In this document: piece after piece, positions 1 through 13,079 of the stretch
How the letters are laid out: the number at the start of each line of letters is the position of its first letter
Numbering within the stretch: the first letter of the stretch is position 1
Source of the DNA: Bispira polyomma
Lineage: Eukaryota
Assembly (NCBI GenBank): GCA_965649765.1
Contig: OZ287751.1
Span: forward strand, 96,038,001 to 96,102,000
Direction: 5' to 3'
Length of the DNA: 64,000 bases
The notes under the pieces: generated by a model
Seen by the model: only the letters and a program-made list of their open reading frames with translations
Told to the model about the DNA's origin: nothing
Databases searched by the model: none
Program-made: the position numbers and the translations under genes

Positions 1-881
1 TGTGTGTCATCCCACAAAATTAAAAGTTATTTAATGCAATTTATGTTCTTTGTGTACACTTCCTCATTGGAAATTAAGAGAAAAGTCACTATTAGTGCTC
101 TTATTTAAACACAGAGAACTAAACAGTGTCAAAAATGGCTCATACTCATACTCAACTGATATTCTGTGGTATCTAAATTTTAGTTTAGAGTAAGAATTCT
201 ATGTGTTTTAATTCCACATCTAAGAATAAATGGTCAATATATTTCCATACATTGTTACATCTGCACAGCCCTCCGGTTTCATTTTCTTCAGCAATACCCG
301 CCCTGAGTCAGTTCTGTACTTTGTGTGTAGTTTATTGGTTACAATTATAATACAAATAAATGAACTATCAAGCTGTTGCAGCACTTAAAGGTTTGCTCTT
401 TTGATGTTTTGATTAAAGAAATCAAAATGAAATATACTTTTCATTTATTTTTATAAAAAAAAAACAAACAACAACCCATTTTCTCCTATGAATCTGTATT
501 TTATTTTAAATGTAAAACAAATACAGAAATCTCAGACCCCACCTGATTTTTGGACCTTTTTCAATGCTAAGTCTGCCCCATAAATATCCCGGATTAAATT
601 TGTAGTCTGGACACTGAACCCAGAGTATGGTAAAACAAACAGGGTATAAAGTGTCTTCAAATAAAAACATTTAAGTATATAATAAAGCCTCAGTAAGGAA
701 AAACAAAACATCCAAATAACAATATAAGACATCTTTGATGATAGGATAAACTTGGGTGGAAAATAAAGCTGCACAATGAATGTAATAAATGGGATTATAC
801 TACACAGTGCGCATCACAAGAAAAGGTATCGTCAACATGCAAATAAGTACATGTATAATACAATGAATTCACATAGCTTAC

Positions 882-1779
882 CCCCCAAGGCATATATTCT
901 GTAATATCACGAATAGCATCTTCTAGAGGATTATCTGGATGTTCAAAGGCAGCCATCAGCATTGTGTGTAGCTTATCCAGCATCTTGTCAAAAAGCTTAT
1001 TTCCCCTGCAAAAAAAACAACAAAAAAAACCCCATCAATTTAACTAAATGCCTCTGCAATGGTGGTTATGTTCTCACCCCTGTCTATTGGTTTGTAAGAT
1101 TACACAAAACCAACAGAACCATTTTGTTCAGACTTGGTCAAGGACCAGTGCATGGGCCAAGGATGAGTTAGTAATTAAGTAGGAGTGGAGTGCTTATATC
1201 TGCCAAAACACAACAGGGCCAAAAACTGACAATAAATTTCGTCAGAAAAAACTACTGAACCGGATTTGACCTAAGGGATTAGGCCATGGGCCAAAGGCAC
1301 AGCAGGGCCAAATTTTTTACACCCTTTTGAAGGGCAGATGTCCGTGGTGGAGAATGTGGTCTACTAAAATTTAATTATTTCGTCCTTAGCCTATGTCCAA
1401 GCCATTGACAAAGTTGGTAGTAGAAATTTATACTGCTCCATACACTAAATATTATTACTAATACACTTTACATAATTGATATAATCTTTTGATCTTACAC
1501 TAGATAGGGTCTAAAGACAGGTTTCAAGAATACAACTGCTTTTTTCCCAGATCGCTCAACTAGAATATAGAACTTTGAGTTTCTCTTTACCGATTTCTAC
1601 TTCACCTCACCTTTTTTATGCCATCCTAAATAAATTTAAGGATGATACTGCCACTGCAAAGATGTAGATTTCTAATTAGTTAAATTCATCAACCATAATT
1701 TTTAATTTGTGACTGTTTTGTCGTGAAATATGGAAAAGTTTACCAAGGTAAGATGCCCATACATACTACAAATGTTTTT

Positions 1780-1812
<33 letters not shown>

Positions 1813-4800
1813 TACTTACCTGAGGATATTGACTACTTTCTCCACTAAGCTATCATAGTCTTTGTCACCCTCTGGGTCAGATTCTTTACCATGTTCTGTT
1901 ACACTATCTATGATCTCACCCAACAATGCTTCATGTTGCTGTCAAAAAAAAACATGATACCAAACTTCGGACCTATCAACAATGTAAGCAGCACTATGGC
2001 TCTGAAAACTATCTCTACATAGGAATTTTACCTAAGATCTTTCAGTGGTCAGTTGCAATGTGGTATACTCTCTCTGCATATCGAAATCAGTCGTTAAGTA
2101 ATTTTTAATGATAAATACTGGCATAATTAAAGGCTTTAGACAATACATTTTAAAGTCTTGGAATGTAAGACCATCATTAATACATGTTATGTGAAATAGT
2201 TTATCCTTCATTCACTCTAACTTTTTCATATAGTTACAAATACATTAAAATTGAACATAAATTTAGTGGGGCACACAAATCTAATGAACATATATAATAT
2301 AACACTTTACATTTTGTATGTATCAATTATAATATAACCCCTTAAATTTAACATTCACTGTAACTTGTTACCACAAAATATCATAGGTTAACTTTTAAAT
2401 ATAAATTTGTAAAGTGGTGGTTCCATATTCAAGTATGATGGGCAAAAATTGGTCAGATTTTGAGACCCGGTTGGTCAGGGTAAAAAATTAATAAAATTAA
2501 TTTTTGGAGCGGGAAAATGAAAAAGGGAGTCGACCTTCCAGATCGAACTGGTTGCGTCCCCTTTCGGCGGGACACCGATCACGATCGACCTTAAAGGTTT
2601 TACGTCATTAAACAAGGTGGCCAGACCTTACAGACCCGGGTAGGATCAAACTTATTGGAAATAGGATCTGACGTATCGCCCTACAATCAAATATATCAGT
2701 TTTATATATAAGTTTTTTATAGTGAGTTTAAAATATGCTTTCTTACGGTCATACTGCAACAGAGGTTTAAGAGGAATTGAACCCAAGACCACTCCCGGCC
2801 CATTGGGCTCCCACGGATAAGGTCCAGCTTTCACAAATGTCACCCCTACACTGGTTGAAGCCCTAGATCGGGCAATGAGAGGCCCTTGGATTTATACCTT
2901 AACTTAATTCCAGCCAGAGGAAGGGGATGGACCTGCATACAGGGACTTCTTTAGGTTGCCTCCAGATTTAATCGAGGAACTCAAAGAGAGGATTATACAT
3001 TATGTCACAAGAGTCACAACTTGGTACAGAAAGCCTTTTGGATGTGGGATTTAAACTGGCAGCTACCTTAAGGCACCTGGCCACGGGGTGAGTCACAGTT
3101 CACTGTCATACCGAGAAATCAACAATCACCAAGTTCATACCAGTGATCTATATATAAGGCCATTATCCAAGAATATGAGATGGAAAGTCTGACCTGCCCA
3201 ACTGCCCCTGTTGAGTTGAGAAAACTGGAAGAAGTCTACAAAAACAGATGGAACCACCCCCAATGCTGTGGGCTCCATTGACGGATAGCATGTGGCCATC
3301 AAGAAACCTCCCAAGGCTGGTAGTGAATTTTGTAACTACAAAGGGTTCTATTCGATTGGACTGGTTGATGGTGACTACAGATTTGTTTGGTTTGACATTG
3401 GCTACAGTGGTTCCTGTTCTGACGCTCAAATTTGTAACCATTCAGAACAAAAACAAAAGTTGGAAAAAGGATCCAGCGGGCTGCCCAGACCAGCACCACT
3501 GTTTGAAAGATGCAGAGGAGCTGTCAACTACTTACTACTGGGGAGTAGGATATGCATATCCAGGGGAAGAAGGTTGTCGAGAATGCCTTTCTAATATTGG
3601 TCAGCGGGTTTCATGTTTTACTGACAACCATGCATCACCATCCTTCAGTGGCATCAAAAAGTATTTAAACGTGTGTTATATTGCACAACATCCTAAGAAG
3701 CCGCTGTGGAAAGCCAGAACTGGAGCCTCCAAATCCTCAAGATGATCCACCTGAACCTGAGGAGCAGCTGGTGGGTAATCAATTGGCCAATGGCGAGGAA
3801 TGAAAAAAACAAAGGGACTACTTCAGGAATAAGGGGGGAGCTCCCGTGGCATAATGACAAAGTATAAGGTTTCACCTGAGCCTAACCACCTGAGCCTGAG
3901 CCTAACCACCTGAGCCTGATCAGAAGCATATCATTTTTCAAAACTTTTGTAATTTGTATGACCACTTGGTTGGGAACAGAACTGGGTTTAAACCCTAAAA
4001 GTGATGTGACCACTTGTTTAGAAGAGGAAAAATCTCAGGAAATGTTTTTTGGTCTATGAGAAACACTTTTATTGCACAACTGTCAAAATATGGGGTATAT
4101 ATAGAGTTTCTCATTTCTTTTTTTAAAATTATTTCTAAATCAAATTTTATTATTAAAAAAATTACTATGAAAATAGAGGCTTTTTGTTTTAATTTGGTAA
4201 TTATTTGGGCTTTTTATTTCTGCTACTGGAAATTAAGTGGCATTTAATTTTTATGTTTGAGTTTAAACTCTGGGACATTGATTTATAAGTTCTGTGTGTG
4301 ACACTTATTTTTAAGGGGACGGTGTAATGTCTTTGTTTGGCATTATATTTTGGGTTTTAAACTTTGGGCCACTGATATTTTTATTTCTTTCTGTTTGTGT
4401 GATTTTTTGGGGGGACGGTGTAATCGGTTTGTTTGGGGTTTTCAACATACAAGCTAAGATATTGTTCTTTGAAGATTCGGGTGGCTATAAAAAAGGTTGA
4501 AGGTTTTGATGAATGGCAGTCTGAAAAGGAGATTGCTGGCTGATTACTACGGTGGTGGTGGCTGTGGAGGTGGCTGTAACTGTGAAGCGGGTGCGATGTG
4601 GGGCTGTTGTTGTTGCTGGGTAAGCGTTTGATACTGCTGCTGCTGCTGCTGCTTATCGCCGAGTTGTTGAACGTTCACTGTGATAAGCTGTGATGGTTCG
4701 ACTGTTCCAAACTGCTGCTGATCGCACGCTGGTATTGAAATAAGTCCTGGGGTGGTGAGGATACTAATCTGCTCATATCCAAAGTCTTAGGGTATTTTCT

Positions 4801-7800
4801 GGTTGGTGCGCCTCAAAAATGTAGACTACAAAGAAGTATTGTGAGCCAATTCTGTTTACTGGGTGAAGGGCTAGTAAGCTTCACCTTTGTAGTACCCCTG
4901 TAACGTCATCCAAAACACAGAACGGAATGATGTGGAGGATGCTGAGGCTGCTGCTGGGGTATCTGCTGATGTAGCTGCTGTGTTACGTAGCTTGAAACGG
5001 GTGGTCTGGACGGGAATTGCTCTCACAAAAGCACTGCTACACATCTTACTTCTCACACGCTGTATCTTGCTGAGGGTTGCGAATCACTCATTGCGAAAGT
5101 TCTGGAAGTCGCCCTCTTCTAACTTTTCAGCTCCTGCTACCAGGTACTGAAAAAAGCCACCCGCTTTGACTGGGGCTTGTCTGGCTTCTGACTCTCTACC
5201 GCAAAGCTCAACATCATGGTCCTTATCTGTCCAAGGTGTTTCATCAGCTGGGAGCTGATAGCTGAGCCCTGACGGGATGGATAACTTCTCTGGATGGAGA
5301 ACTTCTCTGGATACTTGTATCTGTGGCACTGTCTCCACGAATACTGGAACACCTTGGTAAGTCATGTACCTCGGTGGGGAAGTTCCCTGTGTAGATGTGA
5401 CACATAATGCACTCTCTGGGAGCTCATAAATGAGAAGCCGTTGTGAAGGCAGTTCTCCCTGTCTGTGAAATCTGGTGCTCCTTGTCCTAATGTCTTGACC
5501 ATCAGCTTGCCACTCCTTCAAAAATCTGTCTTTAGCTGTTTATGCCGCTTGTTGTATATTTTTCTTATCACTGGATACACCTACTTCGAACTCCATCTGT
5601 GGCTCCTTGTCTGCCTCAATCGTTCTGTTCATCCTCTTTCGTCTCGGCATATTTATGTTGTCTATAGAAAAGCTTAAGCCTTAAAAATTTGCCTTACTCA
5701 AGACATACAATAATTAAAAAGAATAAAAATCCTCTTTGCTACCACAAACACAACACATATCACTAGCTAGCAATCTCCAAATACAGTGAGTCCTGCCCAT
5801 CCGGGATGCTTTTATAGCCAAATACCCCGACAAGCCCCATTACTATCCTATTAGTCAGGAGTAAATACATCACATCCTACTGGTTGTAAGTTTGATCGTA
5901 TTCCTCCCGTATCGTATCCTTTAGCTCGTCCGGCAGATCTGATAGTGAATACGCTCTGGCCAGTTTGATCGGGGTAAAAAACGTATCACCCAGAGGTTCT
6001 GACGGGGTGACAGTAAGTTCGATTGGGGTGCAATACGTCAGATTGGGATATGACTAAGTTACGTTCTGTCTGACCAAAAATGGGGGAATCCGAGTAAGAT
6101 AGAACAGGCCCATGCTAAGACCTGTCATACAGTATTGACAATACAATCTAACGTATTCACTGTAAGAGTTTTATATTCTGAATGACAGAAATAAGTACAA
6201 CTTTGCTACAATATAAAAAAGGGTTTTAAATGACAAGTTTTACCTTCCATTTGAATATTTTCCTGGCTTCCACTATGGCAACAGCAAAAACCAGCAAGTT
6301 TGGAGTTCCATTTCTAATGCATGCAAACAGGATGACCTTGAGTTCAGGTATGTCAGCCTCACTAAAAAGAAAAGACAAATTGTAGTGTATAATGATGTAT
6401 TCGCCAGCTAAATGAACATTTGTAAATTGATGTAAGTGACTTCCTGTTGTAAAAGCACACGCTAAGAACTAAAATAAAGTGCATTTTGATGTAGACTGTA
6501 TCTAAATCTACAGTAGAAGTATCTTTAAAACGTTTTTGGGGATTTTTGGCTTCAATGTTTATTTAATACAGTTGAACCTGTTCAAGTTGTAAACTAAGAG
6601 ACCCGTAGAACGACCTCTACTTAAGGGTACATTTTGATAAAAATTGCTTTTGTGGGACTACAAATAGTTTTCCACATAAAATGGTAATGGACTTAACAGA
6701 GTTTTACTTACAGGGGTTTGACTCTATAGGAATATTGGCAAGACATGTTTTGTTAGCACTGCATCTTTCACATAAAATAAGTACAATGTACTTACAGATA
6801 CACAAACACGTATACATTGTTATAAAATCCATTAGTTAAATATACTTTGAAAATCAATACTTTCTCATAACTGTGGCCATATTCACAAACATTCTTAAAA
6901 ATACAGTTCTTAAATAAATTTCTAAGCCTAAGCCAATCAGGTAACTTAAAACAATATGTTCAGCCAACCAAATTGGTTTAGAGAAAAAGTTGACGAGATG
7001 ATTATTTGTAAATATCAGCCTTGATCTTCCAGTCAGGTTAGCAATATAACAGATATGGGCTCAATGACGCTCATAGAGTCAGACCTAGAGATATTATTAT
7101 TATTATGATGCATTTTTAACATACTTTATTGATGCTAAACATCTTCTTAAGCGAAACAGCAGAATCAGTGATACAATTGTATGATCCAAGGACATAGCAA
7201 GGTCACAAGCAAAAAATTTGGGGTACACAGGACGGAAATTATGGTGGGAAGGCAAGGTTTTAAGCTTTTCCCTAAACCAGTAAGTGTGTCTGCTGATCTG
7301 GGGTCAACTGGGAGACTGTTCCATAACAAGGGAGTTGCAACGGAGAAAGCTCTGGATCCCGCCTTTGTGGTGGTTCTAACCGAAGAAACACCTCTTTAGG
7401 TTACTAAAAGAGAGAAGGGACGCGAAGTAGAAGGGCTGTTGAGTGACTAAAGCTTTGAATGTGGTAACGTGAGTTTTAAAATTCTATGATGAATAGGAAG
7501 CCAGTGTAGTTTTTTTAAGGTATAGTGTGACATCGGTGCGACAGCCCAAGTGAAAAATCTCTCTGCATCGGTAGTTATGGAGCATAAAATGTGAACATGA
7601 CTTGACATTCTTATTTACCTCGTTTACGTCATGTGTTTTCAACGTTTGTCGGGTGGTTTATGTGTTTGACACCAAGATTACACATCAACTAATAAACCAG
7701 TATAAATTAAATTTGGTAGAGGGATGGGCCAAAGAAGAATCCATTAATGACTTGTATGTGGAAGCAGGCTTGAGGGGCGGATCCAGCATTTGGTTTCACT

Positions 7801-9152
7801 ATTTTAAACTGTGGGGCTTTGGCGGAGGGATGCACCCTACTGAGTACTGTAGCATGACACATAAGTTAACGTGTTTAAATGTGTATCAAAATCTCTTGCC
7901 AGGTGTATCATTTTCAGTAATGGCAAACAAAATTTAATTGAAAGATTAGAAAGTGGTCTCTGCCCGACACCTTGCCTTATCAAGGGATAAATCATCTGGA
8001 GATTTCCTTTAGTGGAAGATCAACAACGAGGCTAAACAATGAGACTTTTAAGAGTAACATTAGAAAATTAAATTTTTAAAAATTTGTGAAATTGTTTTAA
8101 ATTTTCTTTTTGGCAAATTTAAGCCCGCGTAGCATTTAAGATATTAATAATTTTGATTTGATGTATTACATCAAAATGAAAGAAATACCTAGTAATTAAC
8201 ATCATTTTCTTTATTAAACACTAATTAGAGCCAAATTAGTTGTGATTAGTGGGGACATTAAGACACCAAAACAGTGCTCTTCTAGTTTTATTGTTTTTAT
8301 TATTTTCTTTTGTTTACAGTTTATGCCAAAAGGATTAAATTTAAACTAAAAGGGCTCCCTAGAAATATGTTCAGATATGATCCATTATACCATATTGGAG
8401 ACAGGGTCGTCATTTATAATGGTAATTCTATATAATGTGTTAGTGTTTGTCTGGCATTGATTTCCCACTATACTTTATCTCTATTCTAAATATTTGCTGA
8501 CAAATATAAGCCAAAGGATTGGTCAAATTTGTGGATCAACACTATATGCATGGAAAAAATTTACTCTGACGTAAATGGACTAGAAGTTAAGAATTTGCAT
8601 TCATAAAGTAAGAATAAGATAAAAATACGACTTTGTGTGGGAAAAGACTTTTATTCTATACCCAGTAAAATTATTCAACAAGCTGTATTTCTACACTGTG
8701 AAAACTCAAATTTGTTTTGCATAATTTTCTACTTTAACATACTTTGGCTTTGCACTGTAAAATAAATTAAAATTTTGTACAAAACCAATATTAAAACAAA
8801 ATTTTAAAATAATAGTACACATTATAAAATCCAAAAATAATATTTCTAGATCATAAAATATATACCCTTGCTTAACTAAACTACGGTCAACATCTACACA
8901 TATTACTGTAATTGATTTGGTAAATATAGCAAATACAAGTCACTATTCTCCAAAACTCCTTTAAATATCATCCACCCTCCCCTTTCTCACACTCAACAAC
9001 AATTTAGTAACATATTCTAATGGGATTTACCTTCCCTTTTTCAGTGCATCTTTAAAATCCTTCAGGCAATCTTCCTTAACTTTTTTACAAGTGCCGTAAT
9101 CCTTATCAACAGCCTCATTGATGGCCTCCACATATTCAGCAAACCGACCCAT
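882..9152 (-). CDS. Copy B (5' part, exons 1-4; the rest lies beyond the left edge): paralogue N-terminal helical region
   Basis: Exons 9031-9152 (MGRFAEYVEAINEAVDKDYG...), 6244-6361, 1820-1938, 882-1005. Phases match copy A exons 1-4, lengths are 122 vs 125/118/119/124, splice sites are canonical and the frame is open. Confidence 0.85.
2930..3720 (+). pseudogene. Harbinger (HARBI1-like DDE) transposase relic
   Basis: [48 protein letters not shown]...VDGDYRFVWFDIGYSGSCSDAQI and a RRxVENAF-like segment, with stops and frameshifts. Confidence 0.85.
4530..5660 (-). pseudogene. Harbinger partner (Myb/MADF-type accessory) ORF relic with a Q/P-rich tail
   Basis: ORF 5084-5521 ends in GGFFQYLVAGAEKLEEGDFQNFRNE, followed by T/A/S-rich and Q/P-rich coding-like sequence. 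It lies convergent to the nuclease. The assignment rests on position, since no Myb motif is visible. Confidence 0.5.
6874..7020. mobile_element. Short MITE
   Basis: GGCCATATTCACAAA ... TTTGTAAATATCAGCC inverted ends. A partial counterpart lies in copy A at ~40030-40090, and a related end TTTGTGAATACGGCCCC lies at ~46696-46712. Confidence 0.5.
7088..7560 (-). mobile_element. L2-group LINE 3' fragment with a (TAA)n tail
   Basis: Minus-strand LKKLHWLPIHHRI (~7480-7520) and AFSVATPLLWNSLP, with a tail at 7092-7106. Absent from the paralogous position in copy A. Confidence 0.7.
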
Positions 9153-9667
9153 CTTGTATAAGACCTTAGTATGTGTTATCTTACCACAATATATCTATCA
9201 AGAGCATCCAGTCATAAATAATACTCTCAGTACTTGCACTAATTGTGTGTCAATAAAAATGCTTTGTTTACCAGAACAAATGATGCATCCAAGTCTGGTA
9301 TTATTAATTTACCTAGTTACATGTGCATTAAATTTGACGTACATTCACTGTCATGCGATAAAGACATACTTGTATTTCAACAAAAACTGTAGAGATTTAT
9401 TAATATTTAATACTATTGCCCAATGCTTTAACTAAACCTTGATCATTGATAACTATTCCACTCTCCTGTTATTTAGCCTTCTCTTCCACACATACACAGG
9501 TTGGTTATATTACACTGTGTCCCCAATATTTATTTAGAATGTATTGATTATCTCCCACGTGCTTCTACAGTGTCAGCATAAATATCCAGCTCTTGTTTGG
9601 TTGGAAACCACAACAAAAGAGTATTTGTGGCCTATCCTTTTATAGGAGTACATGGAAAGACAAGTAT

Positions 9668-11105
9668 GGCCCTGTTCACACTGAACTGGATTGACACGGA
9701 TTAGGGATTGAATCGGATTCAGCTCTATCCGGTTTTAGTGTCCACACTATAAAACTTAATCTGGTATCTGGAAACCTACAGTTTTTCTGGGGCAGGTATT
9801 AATCATTTAACGCAGTAAAATTAAGTAGATTAGCCTTGGCTGAGATTTCTGTTATTTTGCACAATTAACATTTGTATGGGGGGGGGGGGGGATAATTTTC
9901 TCAGAACATTGATAACCAATGCTGTATACAGACATTAAAAATGATATCTAAACTTTATTTTTGTAATACGTACATTAAAAGAACAAGGTTAGTAATTAGT
10001 GTTAATCCCTTCACATTTCTACCCGTAGCTACAGGTAAATTAAAATCAAACCTTACGCCCTAGTCCCACTGAATTGTCATTAGTCTATGTTACCCATGCA
10101 GGGCTCTCGCAAATATTTGTTGACAAGGTTTACACACAAGTTAAAAAGCCCACGCGAAAGTCGATTTATTTACGTCAAAGGCATTAAGTAACACAGATAT
10201 CCACATAAGCACGCAGCTGATGCAACAATTCACATAAAATGTGCACGCAAAGACACGCAAATACTTGTAAGATGACGCACATGGAGACGTCAACCACGTC
10301 ATTTATTATGTTTATATATATATATATGTTTCGCTACGTGATCTGTCGTAAGGTTATATGTTTTACAATATAAAGGTGATGCTACATCAATTTGTATGTA
10401 ATCTTACGCTGTATTACATGTATTATTGTTAACACTCGTTTGGTTGCGTCAAACCACGTTTGCCCACACAAACTGTCCCAATGCTCACGCAAAAGTTCAT
10501 GTTTCAGTACGTCATACTTTTACATCTCTTGTGTGTCCAAATTTCAAACGGTTTGAAATTAAGAATTTCTTGTCTGTCATCTCTCACGCCAGGTTATGTA
10601 TATTTATGTATATTATGTCCACTCCCGCAAATGCCACGCAAACCCTACGCAACTCGATTTTTGCAACTGATGCTTGTTTGAGTCTGTGTTTGTGTAATCA
10701 AACTACATTAAATAGGGTAAGCTTAAACGAAGACTAACACCCTAACACTAATTCAATTAAACCTAAGTCAATATGTCATTTCTTTTTTTTTTCGGACTGG
10801 CTATTTGAGTACTATCTAGTACCCACTGAGCTCAAATCTCAAGTTTTTCAGAAACCCCACTCAACCCGGATTGGGAGTGTTAAAAAATAAGAGATTGGGG
10901 TGGGGGTGGGGGGGTTGTTGTTGTTTTCCTACACCTTGTGTTCATACTGGATAGAAGGTTGGCTTAATCCTGGTCAATCTGTTTGAATCCACCTTTGGAG
11001 GAAGGTTCTTTCTAATCCGGGTTGATCCGGAGAGGTAGCAATCGCACTAACCGCTATTTGCTTCAATCCGGGTCAATCCAGATAAATTTACAAGTGTAAA
11101 CGCAA
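9668..11105. mobile_element. MITE with a nested insertion, ~0.5 kb upstream of the copy B start codon
   Basis: Left end GTTCACACT...CTGGATTGACACGGATT; right reverse complement GTTTACACT...CTGGATTGACCCGGATT. Its flanks are contiguous in copy A (~45715-45745). Inner inverted pair AATTAGTGTTA (9994) / TAACACTAATT (10743). Confidence 0.6.
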
Positions 11106-12283
11106 TGTAAGTCAGTCAACATTATAAGTTATATCCCATGAATATTAGTAATTGTTCTTTGTTGATAAGTACTACTTGATTGAAATAGGAGTTATCTTCA
11201 CTTTGTTGGAGATAGATAGATGGGTAGCGAGATAAAGTTCTTATTATACTGACAGTGTGTTATACATGTATACATTCAAAACAGATACCAAATCTATACA
11301 ATTAGTTTCATAGAACCAATATTCAAATGGTGTGTTGTTGTAATATTGAACACACCTACATAGCTTACTGAATTGCCAGAAGTCAACTAGTGCTGACCAT
11401 AAATTTAGCATAAACGTTTATTACCAGGGGTGTAGCTACAGTTAACGCCAGTACGCCCAGGCATACCAATTTAATGACAAAAAAAAAAAAAAAAAATTGA
11501 AGAAAAAAAATTCTTTTTATTCTGTTTGTTTTAGTAGTAACATAGACTTATGTTTTTATGTTATTAAATAATATTTGTTTTAGTAACCCCCAATTAAACC
11601 AAAATATTATGTTGTCGTACTCCGCCCCGCATCCCCCCCCCCCCCCCCCCCCCCCCACAAATTTAATTTTTGGTTATTGGTAGGACAAAAAACCAATATA
11701 ATACTTTTGTGTAGTACCAAATGAGACTGGGACTGGGTGTCGAAACGTCAGATGAGCTCGGGTAAGAGTTTAGAGGAGAGCTTAAGCGGGCAGGACTCGC
11801 CACACGGCCTGGGGAGCAAACATCTAACCAAATAGTATCACCCTGGGTGGGGAAGTGAAATGTGTTGGCAGACTTTTCGCATAAGGGTTTTCATCAATCC
11901 TCACGTATATAAATGATAAAACCACATAGAAATTTAAACTTTTTCACGACCATAACGTCCTCAATCAAGTGATCTCCTGAATTACGTGACAAAGAGCTGA
12001 AAACTTTGAAGTTAGTGTCTTTTTAAAGAATCTATCGTTATATCCCTGTTGGGGCGATTTCTACTTGTTTTATGAGGTAGCTGGTTTATCTTGTTATATA
12101 ATATAAATATCATTTACAAGATTTTTACCCATAACACTAAGGAACCCTTCACGTAAATATGCATTTTTAACGTTTTACAATACCGTGATTTATATCTACA
12201 TGTATGGTTATAGCTCTGCATATGGTAATATAAAATGTCATGCAAAAAGCCTATACAGGTCATACCAAAAAAAAAAAAAAAAT

Positions 12284-12632
12284 TATCTCGTAATTACAAG
12301 ATAGTGCTATATCGTAACTTCAACATAAGGTTTTCTCGTAATTTCAACATAATGCTATCTTGTAATTTCAACATAAAGTTATCTTGAAATTACGAGATAG
12401 CACTATCTCGAATTTACGAGATAATGTTATGTTAAAATTAGTTTTTAATTACAAAATATGTCTTTTAATTACAAGATATATCTTGTAATTACAAGATGAG
12501 TCCTTCATGTAATTTCAACTTATATACCGTAATTATGCGATAACCTTATGTTGAAATTAAAGATAGCATTATGATGAAATAACCTTGTGTTTAAATTACA
12601 AGAAAGCACTATCTTGTAATTATAAGATAGTC
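12284..12632. repeat. Fold-back element built from degenerate palindromic ATCTCGTAATTACGAGAT-like units
   Basis: The ends are inverted copies (TATCTCGTAATTACAAGATAGTGCT / AGCACTATCTTGTAATTATAAGATA) and the interior is made of related ~21-bp units in both orientations. Confidence 0.7.
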
Positions 12633-13079
12633 TTTTTAGGCTTAAGTACTTAACCTTGTCAAGTAAAGCTAGCAAAGACAAAGCATATTATAATGCTATT
12701 TTGGCTAGTGGGTTGAATGTTCCTTAGGTGATGTTCATAGTGATGTAAATGTGAACTGGAGGATAGCTAGCTAAGCTAGGAGTCACAAGTAGCTAATTAT
12801 GTGATTGCTTATTAAGATGGATAGACAGAAAGTAGGACTATGCCTTAGAAATCGTTAGGGGAATTTAATGTAATAGATAATAAAAAGAAGAGAGAAGGTG
12901 TGGACTAAATTATCCTAAAAGTGACATGCTGTGCACAGTCCACTGATAGTAAGGCTATGTGAGTTTATTATAAGGTTTGTTGAATAGGTTAGTCTATATG
13001 TACAGGTTCACAATAAAAGAAAGTTAAATTGAATATAATAAAATGTTAAGCCCCTAGTCCAACTAGAAAGAGGGGATAG

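Larger units (their letters stand above)
2420..6115. mobile_element. PIF/Harbinger DNA transposon, decayed, in intron 2 of copy B
   Basis: DDE nuclease relic on the + strand and a convergent partner ORF relic on the - strand. Absent from the paralogous intron of copy A. TIRs are only weakly recognisable, so the ends are approximate. Confidence 0.75.

Noticed and set aside
11715-11755. Hammerhead ribozyme or Penelope-like end (ATGAGAC...GTCGAAACGTCAG)
   Set aside because: The required CUGAnGA core reads CAAATGA, and that part belongs to the end of an adjacent repeat (compare 48515-48530). No convincing stem I.
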